Notes: generated by a model not told the origin, from the letters alone. DNA of 60,142 bases from Myxococcota bacterium (GCA_029975745.1 JARKOL010000155.1:1-60142), one strand, 5' to 3'. Positions 16,895 through 26,669 are shown, counted from the first letter of the stretch. Numbers and translations: made by a program.

Positions 16895-18580
16895 TCATCT
16901 AGGAATCGGCCCCACCCGGGGGGCCTGGGGCGGAAACGCGGGCGTGACGCGCATCACGAATCCGTCGTCCTGAGGCGCAACCCAGCGAACGGTCCTGTCC
17001 ACGATCTCGATGGCGGTGACTTCCGGCTCCTCGAGCCACGACGGCGTCCACCAGTCCAGCAGTTCGACATGGGCCACGGTCCAGGGAAACGTCACCTCGA
17101 ACGGCGTCATGTGCGCGCCCGGATTGGCCCCGAGGATGAAGGCCTGGCGCGACGACGCATCCCACTTGACCATCAGGTGGGCGCGGCCCCCCTCGCCGGT
17201 GAAGGTCAGATCCTGGCCGACATCAAGGCGTGGCGACAGCAGGGCCGGTCCATGGACCTCCTCCCAGGCCAGGGCGCGGATCAGGCTGCGCACCTTCGCC
17301 GCCTCGGGCGCGCGGTTGTACCCGTACCCGAAGAAGACCAGGCCGGTCCCCCCGGCGACGATCGTGGACATCATCTCCTTGCGAAGGTAGCGAAGCGTCG
17401 GGAACGGCCCCTTGGCCCACAGGTCCGAGGTCCCCTTGCGGCAGATGCCATTGCCGATGTCGTCGTCGAAGCCGTGCCCCTGCATCCACATCCACACCAC
17501 CGCGTCCGGGTTCGCGCGGGCACGCAGGCTGTGCGCCAGGGACCACGCCGCGTCGAAGTACGAGCGATGCTTCGGATCGTCGCGGGCAAGCCAGTCGTCG
17601 TAGCACTCGTCCATCGGCCCGTCCTGGCCCATCAGGATGGCCTCGACCCCCTCCCAACGATTGCAGACGTAGGTGTACGTGTCGCCGATCATGAAGTTCG
17701 TCGCCTTGGCGTACAGGTCCGCCTGGGCGTCCGTGAAGACCTCGTCGGTGACGGTGCCGCCGCCCTTCATCCGGAAGGTCGGATGCCAGCAGAACCAGGG
17801 CATCTCCTCGTAGGAGGGCAGGTTCGGCAACGCCTCGGGGGACCAGCGCCCTCGCCGCGCCTTGAAGTCCTCGAAATCCGCCGTCACCTGGGCCACCTTG
17901 GCCGGATTGTAGCCGTCCAGGTCGATCTCGCCGTGTTCGCAGGCCGCGATCGGGATGGCCTCGGTCCCGGGGCCGAACGCCGCATCCATTTCCCCGTACT
18001 GGGGATGCCAGATGCCCAGGAACGGCGGGTCCACTTTCAGGTACTCGGGATCGCGCTGGTATCCCCATGTGTAGACGAAGTTCGCTCCGGCACCGGCCGC
18101 CCCGTGAAGCGACGCCGTGCCGTCGTTCGTCAGGCCGAGCCACAACCCGGAGTCCTCGTCCAGCCGGCACTCGTTCGGCCCCGACACCCCGTCCCACGCC
18201 CCGTTCCTCGAAGGGTGAACGCCCAGACCGAAGATTCGCCGCCCCTGGTGTTCGATGAACCTCAGGTCGTCGATCACCTGCGTGGCCTCGGCCGTCCACC
18301 AGGTCGGCGCCACCGGCCCGGGATCCTCGGAGGGCACGTCCGGTTCGGCGTCCACCGCGAGGTCGATGACGGGCACATCCGGCCCGACCTCCGAGTCGTC
18401 CGATGCGCTTCCCGGATCCGCGGGCAGTTCGCAGGCGGGACAGATGACGTCGCAGACCGCGGCGGACCTGTCGGTCGCCGGGCAGCCTCCGCCCCCATCC
18501 CCACCGCACGAGGCCGCCACCCAGGGCAGCGACAGCAGCAGGAAGGCGCCGATTCGAATCACTGCGAACCGCGGGTTCAT
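16895..18580 (-). CDS. Large lipoprotein of unknown function
   Basis: 561 aa with a GGAGG SD and lipobox AASC followed by a Gly/Asp/Pro linker. Composition is coding-like. I recognise no catalytic motif. Confidence 0.7.
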   Translation of the reverse strand: MNPRFAVIRIGAFLLLSLPWVAASCGGDGGGGCPATDRSAAVCDVICPACELPADPGSASDDSEVGPDVPVIDLAVDAEPDVPSEDPGPVAPTWWTAEATQVIDDLRFIEHQGRRIFGLGVHPSRNGAWDGVSGPNECRLDEDSGLWLGLTNDGTASLHGAAGAGANFVYTWGYQRDPEYLKVDPPFLGIWHPQYGEMDAAFGPGTEAIPIAACEHGEIDLDGYNPAKVAQVTADFEDFKARRGRWSPEALPNLPSYEEMPWFCWHPTFRMKGGGTVTDEVFTDAQADLYAKATNFMIGDTYTYVCNRWEGVEAILMGQDGPMDECYDDWLARDDPKHRSYFDAAWSLAHSLRARANPDAVVWMWMQGHGFDDDIGNGICRKGTSDLWAKGPFPTLRYLRKEMMSTIVAGGTGLVFFGYGYNRAPEAAKVRSLIRALAWEEVHGPALLSPRLDVGQDLTFTGEGGRAHLMVKWDASSRQAFILGANPGAHMTPFEVTFPWTVAHVELLDWWTPSWLEEPEVTAIEIVDRTVRWVAPQDDGFVMRVTPAFPPQAPRVGPIPR

Positions 18581-18617
18581 CAGGCACCTCCAGGAATCCG
18601 CAAGCCCAGGACACCAG

Positions 18618-18634
18618 GTGGCACATTATGCCAC
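18618..18634 (-). promoter_or_regulatory. Extended -10 promoter element (TGgCATAAT) overlapped by a 6-bp-arm inverted repeat
   Basis: The minus strand reads GTGGCATAATGTGCCAC. CATAAT lies at 18625-18630 and is preceded by TGg. The arms GTGGCA/TGCCAC flank a 5-nt spacer. The element lies about 40 nt upstream of the ATG at 18580. Confidence 0.35.
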
Positions 18635-18823
18635 AACTGCGATTCGAGGCGGACAAGACCGTGGAAGACAAGGCGACAAGCCGATCTGGGCGCAAGCCTG
18701 CTTGCGGTACATCGGGGACCAGATCGGTGAAGGCAACGCAGCAGGTGGCCCTGGTTCGCCGACCGAATCGCGGTGAGGGTGGTGGATCTGGGCCCTGGGT
18801 GTTCCCTTGGGAAGGAGTGGGAA

Positions 18824-21004
18824 TCAGGGCACGTCCACGCGTTCGGGGACCAGGAACAGGTCGTCCACGAACAGGCCGTCGTCGTCCCGATCCAGTTCGG
18901 CCCGAACGTACAACCGGACCCGCCGGGCACCGACGGGCAGGCGCGTCAGGGAGACCACCTCGGTCCACTCGGCCGCCGCGATCTCGTCCGACTCGAAAGC
19001 CGCCCAGACCGAGCCGTCGCCGTCCAGGATCTCGATCCCGACAGCCCCCCGAATGCGCGCCTCGTAGGTCCTGAGCCAGCCGCCCCAGCGAACCGCGAGG
19101 GTGCCGGCATCGATCGCGTCCGCCTGGTCGGAAAGGACAAGGTCCGTCACCAGCCGGGAACGACCCGAGGCCGGCGCATCCAGGTCCGACAAGGCATGCG
19201 CCAGCCAGCATGCCCGGCCGGACCGGCAGTTCGGCGGGAACAGCGCGATGCCCCACGGCCCGAGCGGATTCATGTCCCGCAGCACCATCCACCCCGGGCC
19301 GAAACTCCAGGCGCCCGCCCCCGGTTCGCCCTCGGCACCGAAGTCCGGCAGCCGGTTGGCCCCGACCCTCGCGTGGGGGGTGTCCAGTTCCAGGAATCCC
19401 AGATAGGCGTCGTCCATCGCGGCGTCGTTCGATTCCCCGCTGTGCAGCTTGTTGTGCGCCATCCAGACCCAGTCGGCCCAGCGGGTCCCGGGCGGCACGT
19501 CGATCGCGGCGACAAACGGATGCCACCCGATCGTGTCCCGTCGGCCCGACGCCACGTGATGCAACGGGTTTCCCCCGGCGTCCCGCAGCGTCATGACCAC
19601 CTCGCCATCGTCGTACGTCTTCAGGATGTTCGAGGTCTCGACCCCGTCGGTGGCCACGTCGGTCCCGGAGGCCATCCAGGCGGATGCCAGCAACCGGCCC
19701 CGACCCGCATCGATTGCCGCGGCATGCGCCGTCAGATCGACGGTCTGGGACCAGGACGACCAGGGCGCCATCGCGTCCGGCAGCCCGTTGGCCCCGACGA
19801 ACATCGCAGTCCCGGTCCGGGGCGTCAGGTTGCGTCGCAACGAGGCCACCGCCGCGTCGCCGGCCGCTGTCCAGTTCGCCCCCCCGTCCTCGCCCCCCGG
19901 GTCGCCCAGCAGGTTGCCGGGACGTTCGGCTTCGGGCGGGAACTCGCGAAACACGTCCCGACGGGCCGCGAACGGGTCCGTCGTGTACGGCACCATCGGA
20001 TCCAGGGGAAACCGCAAGGTCGCTACGACCGGCTTGTGGTCGGACAGCACCGGCGACAGGTTCGGCGCGTCGGCATCCAGGACGATCGCGGGAAACGCCC
20101 GTCGGAAGAAGACCAGATCGATCGTCTGGGCCCCTTCGGTCTCGTCGAATCCGGTCGATGGCCAGGTCACCTTCTGGCCCGGGTACAACCCCATCGTCGT
20201 GAACGCGTCGGCCAGCAGCGTTTCAAGAATCGTGTTCTGCGACGAATGGTGCTCGTCGTTGAAGTCGCCCAGCATCACCAGATGCGGCCAGGGATCGGCG
20301 GGAATCACCTCCTGGACGATCTGGCGGGCCTGACGCGTCCCGGCCAGGTCCCAGGAGATGTGGGTCGCATAGACCGACACGGTGACGCCGCCAACCTGAA
20401 GCGTCGCGTGCAGCAGGGATCGCCCGTCCACCAGGGACACTTCCCGCACGTCCGCCAGCGGGGTCGCCGACAGCAGCGCCTTGTCCCCGGCGAACGTCGT
20501 ATGGGGCAGGCCGGCCTCCAGGGCCACGGTCTGCAGGTGAACCTCCCGCATCTCGCTCAACGCAACGACGTCCGGCGCCAGCGTGGCCAGGTACGCCCCG
20601 ATCGCCTCGGGCGTCGCCGTTCGAAAGCCGTACACGTTCAGGGCCGCGACGCGCAGGTCGAATCCCGGCGGCAGTTCGACGGCGGGCTCGGGCACGACGG
20701 CGGGCAGAACCAGGGTTTCAGGCAGGACATCCTGCACCCATGGCCAGCCGGGGTCCGGGGACGCCGCATCGTCGGTGTCCTCGTCCGCATCCTTGGGCCC
20801 GGTCCCCGGGTCGTCCGGCAGTCCCCCGACGTCCCCGTTCCCGGCATCCGGTCCCGCATCCACGGCATCCGGCCCTCCCGGATCCAACGCCACGACATCC
20901 GGCAGTTCCCCCGTTCCGGCATCCCCGGAAACCGCGTCGTGGCCGCACCCGGCCATCCACAGAATCGCCGCGATCAGGAACGCGCCCCTTCGCCATCGCA
21001 TCAT
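18824..21004 (-). CDS. Lipoprotein with an endonuclease/exonuclease/phosphatase (EEP) domain and a large C-terminal beta-rich module
   Basis: Start MMRWRRGAFLIAAILWMAGC at 21004 (lipobox MAGC), followed by an Asp/Pro linker. EEP blocks are LRVAALNVYGF, DVVALSEM, LVMLGDFNDEHHS and LSDHKPVVATL. Confidence 0.75.
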   Translation of the reverse strand: MMRWRRGAFLIAAILWMAGCGHDAVSGDAGTGELPDVVALDPGGPDAVDAGPDAGNGDVGGLPDDPGTGPKDADEDTDDAASPDPGWPWVQDVLPETLVLPAVVPEPAVELPPGFDLRVAALNVYGFRTATPEAIGAYLATLAPDVVALSEMREVHLQTVALEAGLPHTTFAGDKALLSATPLADVREVSLVDGRSLLHATLQVGGVTVSVYATHISWDLAGTRQARQIVQEVIPADPWPHLVMLGDFNDEHHSSQNTILETLLADAFTTMGLYPGQKVTWPSTGFDETEGAQTIDLVFFRRAFPAIVLDADAPNLSPVLSDHKPVVATLRFPLDPMVPYTTDPFAARRDVFREFPPEAERPGNLLGDPGGEDGGANWTAAGDAAVASLRRNLTPRTGTAMFVGANGLPDAMAPWSSWSQTVDLTAHAAAIDAGRGRLLASAWMASGTDVATDGVETSNILKTYDDGEVVMTLRDAGGNPLHHVASGRRDTIGWHPFVAAIDVPPGTRWADWVWMAHNKLHSGESNDAAMDDAYLGFLELDTPHARVGANRLPDFGAEGEPGAGAWSFGPGWMVLRDMNPLGPWGIALFPPNCRSGRACWLAHALSDLDAPASGRSRLVTDLVLSDQADAIDAGTLAVRWGGWLRTYEARIRGAVGIEILDGDGSVWAAFESDEIAAAEWTEVVSLTRLPVGARRVRLYVRAELDRDDDGLFVDDLFLVPERVDVP

Positions 21005-21168
21005 CTGGCTCCCATCGCCGGGTTTCCAAGCGTAGGTGCCCGAACGGCCGACGGTCAAGACACGACCGCGACGAATCCGGGCCGAACTCAGGGCCCAGGT
21101 CCACTGCCCCTTTTCGTGGACGCCCCAAAGCGGGACAATGCGGCCGAGGGTCGCGAGAGAGGCTGCTG

Positions 21169-21768
21169 ATGATCCTGAAAGTGGCGCGTATGGGACACCC
21201 GGTGTTGCGGCGACGCGCCGATCCAGTGACCCCGGAGGACTTCGCCTCCGGCTGGGTCGCCGCCACGGTGCGCAACCTGTTCGACACGATGGCCGAGTAT
21301 GACGGCGTCGGCCTGGCCGCGCCCCAGGTACACCTTTCGAAGCGGCTCGCCGTGGTCGAGGTGCCCGGAGGGCCGGGCCAGGGCATCCCGCCGACCCCGA
21401 TGATCAACCCGGTGGTCCAGCCACTGACCGAACGCGAGATGGAGATCTGGGAAGGCTGCCTGTCCGTGCCGGGACTCATTGGTCTGGTGCCGCGCCCGGC
21501 GGCGGTTCGGGTGGACTACCTGGACATCGACGGTCGCCCCTCGCATCGGGTCGTCCAGGGATTCGCCGCGGCGGCGGTCCAGCACGAGTGCGACCACCTG
21601 GATGGCGTGCTGTACGTCGATCGCATCCGCGATCGCGCCACGCTGATGTTCACCGAGGAGTACCAGCGGCACCACCTGGGGCGCGGCCGGGCGGCGGACG
21701 GTGACGGCGTGGACGGCGCATCGCCGGCCGAGGTCGCCGACGACAGCCGCGACGGGATCCCCGGATGA
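21169..21768 (+). CDS. def: Peptide deformylase
   Basis: MILKVARMGHPVLR start. The three canonical motifs are present: GVGLAAPQV, EGCLSVPG and QHECDHLDG. There is an extra C-terminal tail of about 35 aa. The stop overlaps the archease start (ATGA). Confidence 0.92.
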   Translation: MILKVARMGHPVLRRRADPVTPEDFASGWVAATVRNLFDTMAEYDGVGLAAPQVHLSKRLAVVEVPGGPGQGIPPTPMINPVVQPLTEREMEIWEGCLSVPGLIGLVPRPAAVRVDYLDIDGRPSHRVVQGFAAAAVQHECDHLDGVLYVDRIRDRATLMFTEEYQRHHLGRGRAADGDGVDGASPAEVADDSRDGIPG

Positions 21769-22190
21769 CCCGCCCCCGCTACCAGGTCGTGGAGCACACG
21801 GCGGACTTCGCGTTCCGGGTGACCGCGGCCGACCTGCCGGATCTGGTTCAGGCGGCGATCCTGGCGGTCGTCGATGCCGGCTGGGGCATCGAGACGCTGC
21901 GGCCCGGAGGCACCCTGACCCCGGTGGACCTGCCGGTCGATGACGCCGAGATGACGCTCTTCCGGGCGCTGTCCGAGGTCCTGTTCCTGATCGATGCGCG
22001 CGGCCTGATTCCGGCCCAGGTGACCGTGACCCGCGACGCGAGCGGCGGATTGTCGCTGGGCCTGGACTGCGATCGGCTGGACCCGGCCCGTCACGGGCAC
22101 CGGGTCGCGTTCAAGGCCGTGACCCTGCATGGTCTGAACGTCGTCGCGGGCGGCGAGGGCCTGGTCGCAACCGTCCTGATGGATACCTGA
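21765..22190 (+). CDS. Archease (RtcB activator/chaperone)
   Basis: 141 aa with the N-terminal VEHTADFAFRV motif and the C-terminal FKAVTLHGLNV block. Confidence 0.85.
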   Translation: MTRPRYQVVEHTADFAFRVTAADLPDLVQAAILAVVDAGWGIETLRPGGTLTPVDLPVDDAEMTLFRALSEVLFLIDARGLIPAQVTVTRDASGGLSLGLDCDRLDPARHGHRVAFKAVTLHGLNVVAGGEGLVATVLMDT

Positions 22191-22276
22191 ACCGGAGGAC
22201 AGCGTGGCCGAACCCAACCGAACCCTGCGCTGGGAACGACGCGACGAATCGCGCGTCGTGATCCCCCGGCACGGCG
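22134..22276 (+). repeat. Left copy of a 143-bp direct repeat (archease 3' end + rtcB 5' end)
   Basis: Aligned by eye to 26670-26812 with 8 mismatches in 143 positions and no gaps. Confidence 0.9.
22204..22276 (+). pseudogene. Truncated 5' fragment of rtcB (first 24 codons only)
   Basis: It encodes (GTG)AEPNRTLRWERRDESRVVIPRHG, identical to the N-terminus of the intact RtcB at 26740. Past 22276 the ORF becomes Arg/Gly/Pro-rich non-homologous sequence. Confidence 0.8.
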
Positions 22277-22514
22277 GGTTCGCGAGGCGAGGCGGCGCAC
22301 GGCGGGCGCAGTCGGATGTCCCGGATTGCAGCGATCCCGGTCCTCGCGTTGATCCTGTCGGCGTGCGCGCAGCCCACGATTCCCGCGATCCCGCCGCCAC
22401 CGGCCGACTCGGCCGCCATCCTGATGATGGCGACGTCGAGCGTTCCGATCCTGGAGCCCGCCGCTGAGCCCGCCCTGGAGCCCGCTGCGGCACCCGACGC
22501 CGATTCCGATCCCC

Positions 22515-24761
22515 TCACGGCAGGGCGAAGCCCCTGCGGGTCACCCGGGCGAAGTCCAGGACCAGCGCGGCATCGTCCAGCGTGACCAGCATCTGCGGGC
22601 TGCCCCACGCCTGGGACACGTGGGCGTTGTCGAAGCGCGCGAAGGGGCCGAGGTCCACCGGCGCGCCGTTCACGGTCATCGGTCCCTCCCAGGCCACTTC
22701 CACCCGGCCCAGGGACGGCGAGTCGTAGGACACGCCGCCGTCGGGGAACGACAGGTCCGCGGCCAGGATCGCCGCCGCGAAGTCCGCGAAGCTGCCGTGG
22801 TCCGCGGCGCGCCCCAGTTCCACCACGAACACGTTGTCGGTGCCGTCGGCGATCCACTCGACGGGGTCGTCGTCGGCCCACCGGGTCGGGTTCCGGGACG
22901 CCAGGGCCACGTAGCCGTCCCCCTTCCGCCCGAACACCCAGGAACCGCCCTCCAGGAACTCGTCGAAGCGGTCCTTCGGGAAGAAGGCGTGGGTCCGGTC
23001 CGCCGACAGCAGATCCTCGACCGCGGGATTGCCCGGCAGCCGGTACTGGATGACCCCGACGTTCCGGTCGAACGTGGCCCTGGGGTGGTACCCCCCGTGC
23101 CACTTGCCGGCGAAGTTCCGGCTCAGGTCCCCGGCCAGGCCGAGGACGGCCGGGAAGGACGTGAAGACGTAGCAGTCCGGGTCCAGCGTCGCCAGCCACA
23201 TCCGCGTCTGGGTGCCCCAGTCCGTCGGGTGGTAGTCCTGGGCCCCGGACAGCTGGTAGTCGGGGGTCCGGTAGGTGTACGTGGACATGCGCTGCAGGGC
23301 CATGCCCCGGCTGACGGGCGCCAGGGACTCGGCCAGATCCGGCAGGACGCCCATGCCCCGGTTGTCCCGCAGGAGCGACAGGTAGTCGTCGGGGATCTCG
23401 TTGAACAGGAAGCCGTCCCAGAGATCCTCTTCCTCCAGCATGGCCACCATGCCCTCGATGAGCTCGGGGGCGGCCAGGACCCCCATGCCGGCCCAGATGA
23501 CGACGTCGTCGGTGCCCTCGTACGAGATGCCCCACTCGGGCCCCTCGGCCAGGTCGATCGAGTCCCGCTGCCGGTGCTCGAACGGGCCCGTCCGGACCGC
23601 CTGGGCCAGATCCTCGAGGATCGGCGGGGGGAAGTACCACGGACTCGTGGCCAGGAAGGCCGCCCCGAAGTTGCCGGTCGCCTTCCAGTTCCCCAGTCCC
23701 AGCAGGATCCAGGCCGCCTCGGTCGTCGAGTCGTTCAGCCGGTCCAGGAACTTGCTGGGATAGGTCCGCCCCATGACCGTGGCGAAGAGGCCGTCATGCA
23801 TGTTCGACAGCAGGTCCACGGCCAGGACGTCCAGGACCATCGCGGCCTTGGTGCGGACCGACTCGTCCTCGGCGAAGTCGGCCAGGTTGACCAGCGCCGG
23901 GATGTCCTCGTTGAAGTAGACGTTCGAATGCCACTCCGAGAACCCGATGCGCCCCCGCAGGTCCAGCCACCGGTGCAGCCTGCGCGCGGCATGGGCCATG
24001 TGCATGGCGCCGGTCTTCCCGTCGTTGCCGAACGCCGTCTCGGGGAACAGCTGGCCCACCAGGAACTCCCCCGAATGGAACAGGGCCTGGTGGTTCTCGG
24101 TCCAGTAGCACATGGCGTCCTTGCCCGGCTCGTCCAGCCAGTACTTGAACCCCAGCAGGGTGTCCTGGATCCGGGTCCGCAGTTCCTGGGGAAGCGCGCC
24201 CGTCTGCCGGTCCAGGTAGAGCATGCGGACCAGGGCGGCCAGGCGGAAGTCCGAGGTGTCCTGCCGGGCGTTCATCCGCTCGATCGCGGCGTCGAGGGCG
24301 TCGTCGTTGTAGGTGGACTGGCCCGTGGCCACCCGGCAGACCTGGCCGGCCCAGTCCCCCTGGCCGGGCCCGTTCTCGTCCGAGCAGACGTGCAGGTACT
24401 CGGCCTGCCGGGCCTTGTAGCCGGCCGAAGCCTCCAGGGGAACCGGCGTGCCGGGTTCCAGGGGGTCGGGCCAGACGTCGGTCCGCGGCACGTCGCCGGG
24501 TTCGGCCGTGTCCGGGGATCCCGGGTCGTCGCCGTCGGCGCCCGGATCGCCGGGCAGATCCGGGGCGTCCGAACCGTCCGGATCCGGCGGGGACACGTCC
24601 GGTCCCCCCTCGTCCCCGGGGGCGCCCGGATCCCCGACCGCGTCCGGGGTTGCCGGGACATCTGCCGCCCCTTCGCCGCCCCCGCACCCCCAGGCCAGGG
24701 TCGAGGCCAGGACCAGGACCCCGAGCCGCCTCCCGAGCGTTCCCTGCATCTTCGCGCGCAT
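22515..24761 (-). CDS. Large lipoprotein, possibly (alpha/alpha)-toroid polysaccharide-lyase-like (heparinase II/III-like); function tentative
   Basis: Start MRAKMQGTLGRRLGVLVLASTLAWGC at 24761 with a GGGAGG SD 6 nt upstream, followed by an Asp/Pro linker. Blocks such as CYWTENHQALFHSGEFLVGQLF and GFSEWHSNVYFNEDIPALVNL resemble that fold only loosely. Confidence 0.6.
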   Translation of the reverse strand: MRAKMQGTLGRRLGVLVLASTLAWGCGGGEGAADVPATPDAVGDPGAPGDEGGPDVSPPDPDGSDAPDLPGDPGADGDDPGSPDTAEPGDVPRTDVWPDPLEPGTPVPLEASAGYKARQAEYLHVCSDENGPGQGDWAGQVCRVATGQSTYNDDALDAAIERMNARQDTSDFRLAALVRMLYLDRQTGALPQELRTRIQDTLLGFKYWLDEPGKDAMCYWTENHQALFHSGEFLVGQLFPETAFGNDGKTGAMHMAHAARRLHRWLDLRGRIGFSEWHSNVYFNEDIPALVNLADFAEDESVRTKAAMVLDVLAVDLLSNMHDGLFATVMGRTYPSKFLDRLNDSTTEAAWILLGLGNWKATGNFGAAFLATSPWYFPPPILEDLAQAVRTGPFEHRQRDSIDLAEGPEWGISYEGTDDVVIWAGMGVLAAPELIEGMVAMLEEEDLWDGFLFNEIPDDYLSLLRDNRGMGVLPDLAESLAPVSRGMALQRMSTYTYRTPDYQLSGAQDYHPTDWGTQTRMWLATLDPDCYVFTSFPAVLGLAGDLSRNFAGKWHGGYHPRATFDRNVGVIQYRLPGNPAVEDLLSADRTHAFFPKDRFDEFLEGGSWVFGRKGDGYVALASRNPTRWADDDPVEWIADGTDNVFVVELGRAADHGSFADFAAAILAADLSFPDGGVSYDSPSLGRVEVAWEGPMTVNGAPVDLGPFARFDNAHVSQAWGSPQMLVTLDDAALVLDFARVTRRGFALP

Positions 24762-24837
24762 GCGCCGCCTCCCTTCCACCCCGGGCCATGGCCCGCGGCG
24801 ATGACGACCGGAACCGGCTCCTGCCGGCCGGCCAGCG

Positions 24838-26214
24838 CTACGGATCGACCGAGGGCAGCCGGTCCACCAGGGACCGCAGGGCGACGGTCCGGCGAAGGTT
24901 CCGGGCCGCGATCCCCCGGAAGGATTCCGAGAGGCGCGCATCCTCCGCCAGCAGGCCCCAGTAGCCGACGGCCGCCTCGACGGCCGGCCCGGCGACGTCC
25001 GCGACATCGGGTCCCAGGACCGGCAGCGCGTGATCCTGGGCGGGCAACTCGCTCTGCCACGGGTGGTAGTGCATGGGCAGCATGTCGTAGACCGGGGCCA
25101 GGGACGTCACGCGCACGCCGTCCAGCAGGAAGGCCAGGTTGCCCAGGTGCATGTCCGTGTTCCCGATCAGCCGGCCGAAGCACTCGAGCCAGCGAATCCG
25201 CGACACCGCGTCGCGGGGAATCACGTTCCTCGCGGCCAGCGCCTCGGCCGAGACCGTCCAGCCCGTCAGGTCCGTCCCCGCGAACTCGGCGTCCAGCACG
25301 TCCAGGGCGATCTGGCCGATGCGATGCTCGAGCCCGTCGCGGTCGAACCGCTCGACCTCGAGAAACACGTGCGCCCCCGCCTGCAGCAACGCGGTGTTCG
25401 GCACCCGGAAGCCGTTGCGGCCCAGGGTCTGCAGCGCGGTCTGCTCGGCCACCAGCAGGTCCGCGACGCGCCGGCCGATCGTCTCGTCCGCGCGGGTCGC
25501 GTACTTCACCAGCACGGGTGTCAGGCGGTCGCCGTCGCGCCGCGTGGCCAGGAACTTGGGCTGCTCCCCGGCGGCCGAGGACCCGGCGGTGCCGAACGCC
25601 AGCAGGTCGGCGACGATGGCCGGATAGCGCTCGGTGCGTTCGGCGGCCTCGACGAGATTCGACGGGTGATCGATCTCCCGGAGGAACGTGGCGCAGGCCT
25701 CGTCGCCGACGAGGAACGCGCCGGGAGCGTCCCAACCGAACCGGGACGCGAACCGCAGCACGTGGTCCGCGGTCCAGGCCCGGATGTCCGCGGGAAGGCC
25801 GAGTTCCGGGTGGCGCCGAGGCACCAGTCGCCCCAGGAAGCCCGACGGACGCGCGTTCCGGAGGAACCAGGGCAGATCCTCGAAGAACCGCTCGCCGTCC
25901 CCGGAGTCGAGGAGGTACGACCGGCCGCCGACCGCATGCAGCGTGCCGAATCGACGCATTCGTTCCCCGCGGGGACGCACCTCGTAGACGGCGATCGGCT
26001 GGCGAACCCCCGGGATCTCGCGTGCCAGGACGTACCGCCGGGCGCTGGTGCGCCCGAACGTGCGCACCTCGCCTTCCAGCGTCGCGACCAGTCGCGAGAA
26101 CGTCGGCTGGCTGATGCCGAGTTCGCGGACCAGTTCCGATGGGGTTGCCACGCCCCGCCTGGCCAGCAGCGCCATCAAACGTTCGTGCAGGAGTGCTCTG
26201 CGGTTCGATTCCAT
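24838..26214 (-). CDS. HipA-family kinase with a fused N-terminal HTH domain (YjjJ-like type II toxin)
   Basis: ATG at 26214 (MESNRRALL...). The HTH is ATPSELVRELGISQPTFSRLVATL. HipA C-domain blocks are GEQPKFLA, IGNTDMHLGNLAFLL and LAPVYDMLPM. Confidence 0.8.
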   Translation of the reverse strand: MESNRRALLHERLMALLARRGVATPSELVRELGISQPTFSRLVATLEGEVRTFGRTSARRYVLAREIPGVRQPIAVYEVRPRGERMRRFGTLHAVGGRSYLLDSGDGERFFEDLPWFLRNARPSGFLGRLVPRRHPELGLPADIRAWTADHVLRFASRFGWDAPGAFLVGDEACATFLREIDHPSNLVEAAERTERYPAIVADLLAFGTAGSSAAGEQPKFLATRRDGDRLTPVLVKYATRADETIGRRVADLLVAEQTALQTLGRNGFRVPNTALLQAGAHVFLEVERFDRDGLEHRIGQIALDVLDAEFAGTDLTGWTVSAEALAARNVIPRDAVSRIRWLECFGRLIGNTDMHLGNLAFLLDGVRVTSLAPVYDMLPMHYHPWQSELPAQDHALPVLGPDVADVAGPAVEAAVGYWGLLAEDARLSESFRGIAARNLRRTVALRSLVDRLPSVDP

Positions 26215-26669
26215 GCGGCTATGAATAGAGCACTCACTCAAGAAAAGCAAGGGATATCATGGGACAGTCGTCATTGCGAATAATGTGGTGAATGAAGTCA
26301 CGAATGGACACCTTTCGCCAAGGACGAGCGAGCGATGCGGCCGGGGTGGTTTGGCCGTTGCCGCCGGCCGACCTGCTGACAAGCCCGGGTCGCGGGCCGG
26401 CGGAAGCGGAAGCCCTGATCGAGTGGATGATGGCGCACGAGGAGGCGTGGCGTGGATGAACTCTTCGTCCTGGCGCGGCGGGTCGGCGCCCGAAGTGTCT
26501 CGGTCGTGACCCCTTGATGCGCGCCGATCAGGCTTCCAGAAGCGGCTCATGCCCCGGCGGATGAAGTCGCGACTGGTCTTCAGACCGATCGTGGAGGAAC
26601 GTTGCTGCATCGCGATTGTCTGTGAGCAGGTCGGAAGCTGTGGAACAATAAGCCTCCTATGGATGCGAG

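Larger units (their letters stand above)
22277..26669. mobile_element. Putative inserted segment of about 4.4 kb between the two repeat copies; no recombinase recognised
   Basis: It is bounded by the 143-bp direct repeats. Its two large genes run opposite to the def-archease-rtcB unit it splits. Locally AT-richer stretches lie at about 26215-26300 and 26630-26665. Confidence 0.45.

Noticed and set aside
22204-22467. 87-aa ORF annotated from the ORF track
   Set aside because: Only its first 24 codons are meaningful, as a duplicate of the RtcB N-terminus inside the 143-bp repeat. The remainder is non-homologous Arg/Gly/Asp-rich read-through. I called it an rtcB 5' pseudogene fragment instead.
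22316-22585. 89-aa ORF with a convincing lipoprotein signal (MSRIAAIPVLALILSAC) and a Pro/Ala/Glu-rich stretch
   Set aside because: It has no folded domain, and it runs 71 nt into the 3' end of the convergent 748-aa lipoprotein gene. It may be the orphaned 5' remnant of a lipoprotein gene at the edge of the insertion. The evidence is not sufficient to call it a functional CDS.
26460-26669. Search for an integrase/transposase remnant or att-type structure at the right end of the inserted segment
   Set aside because: I translated all frames by eye, for example the minus-strand MQQRSSTIGLKTSRDFIRRGMSRFWKPD.... Nothing resembles tyrosine or serine recombinase or DDE transposase motifs, and I found no terminal inverted repeats. 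The mobility mechanism remains unsupported.
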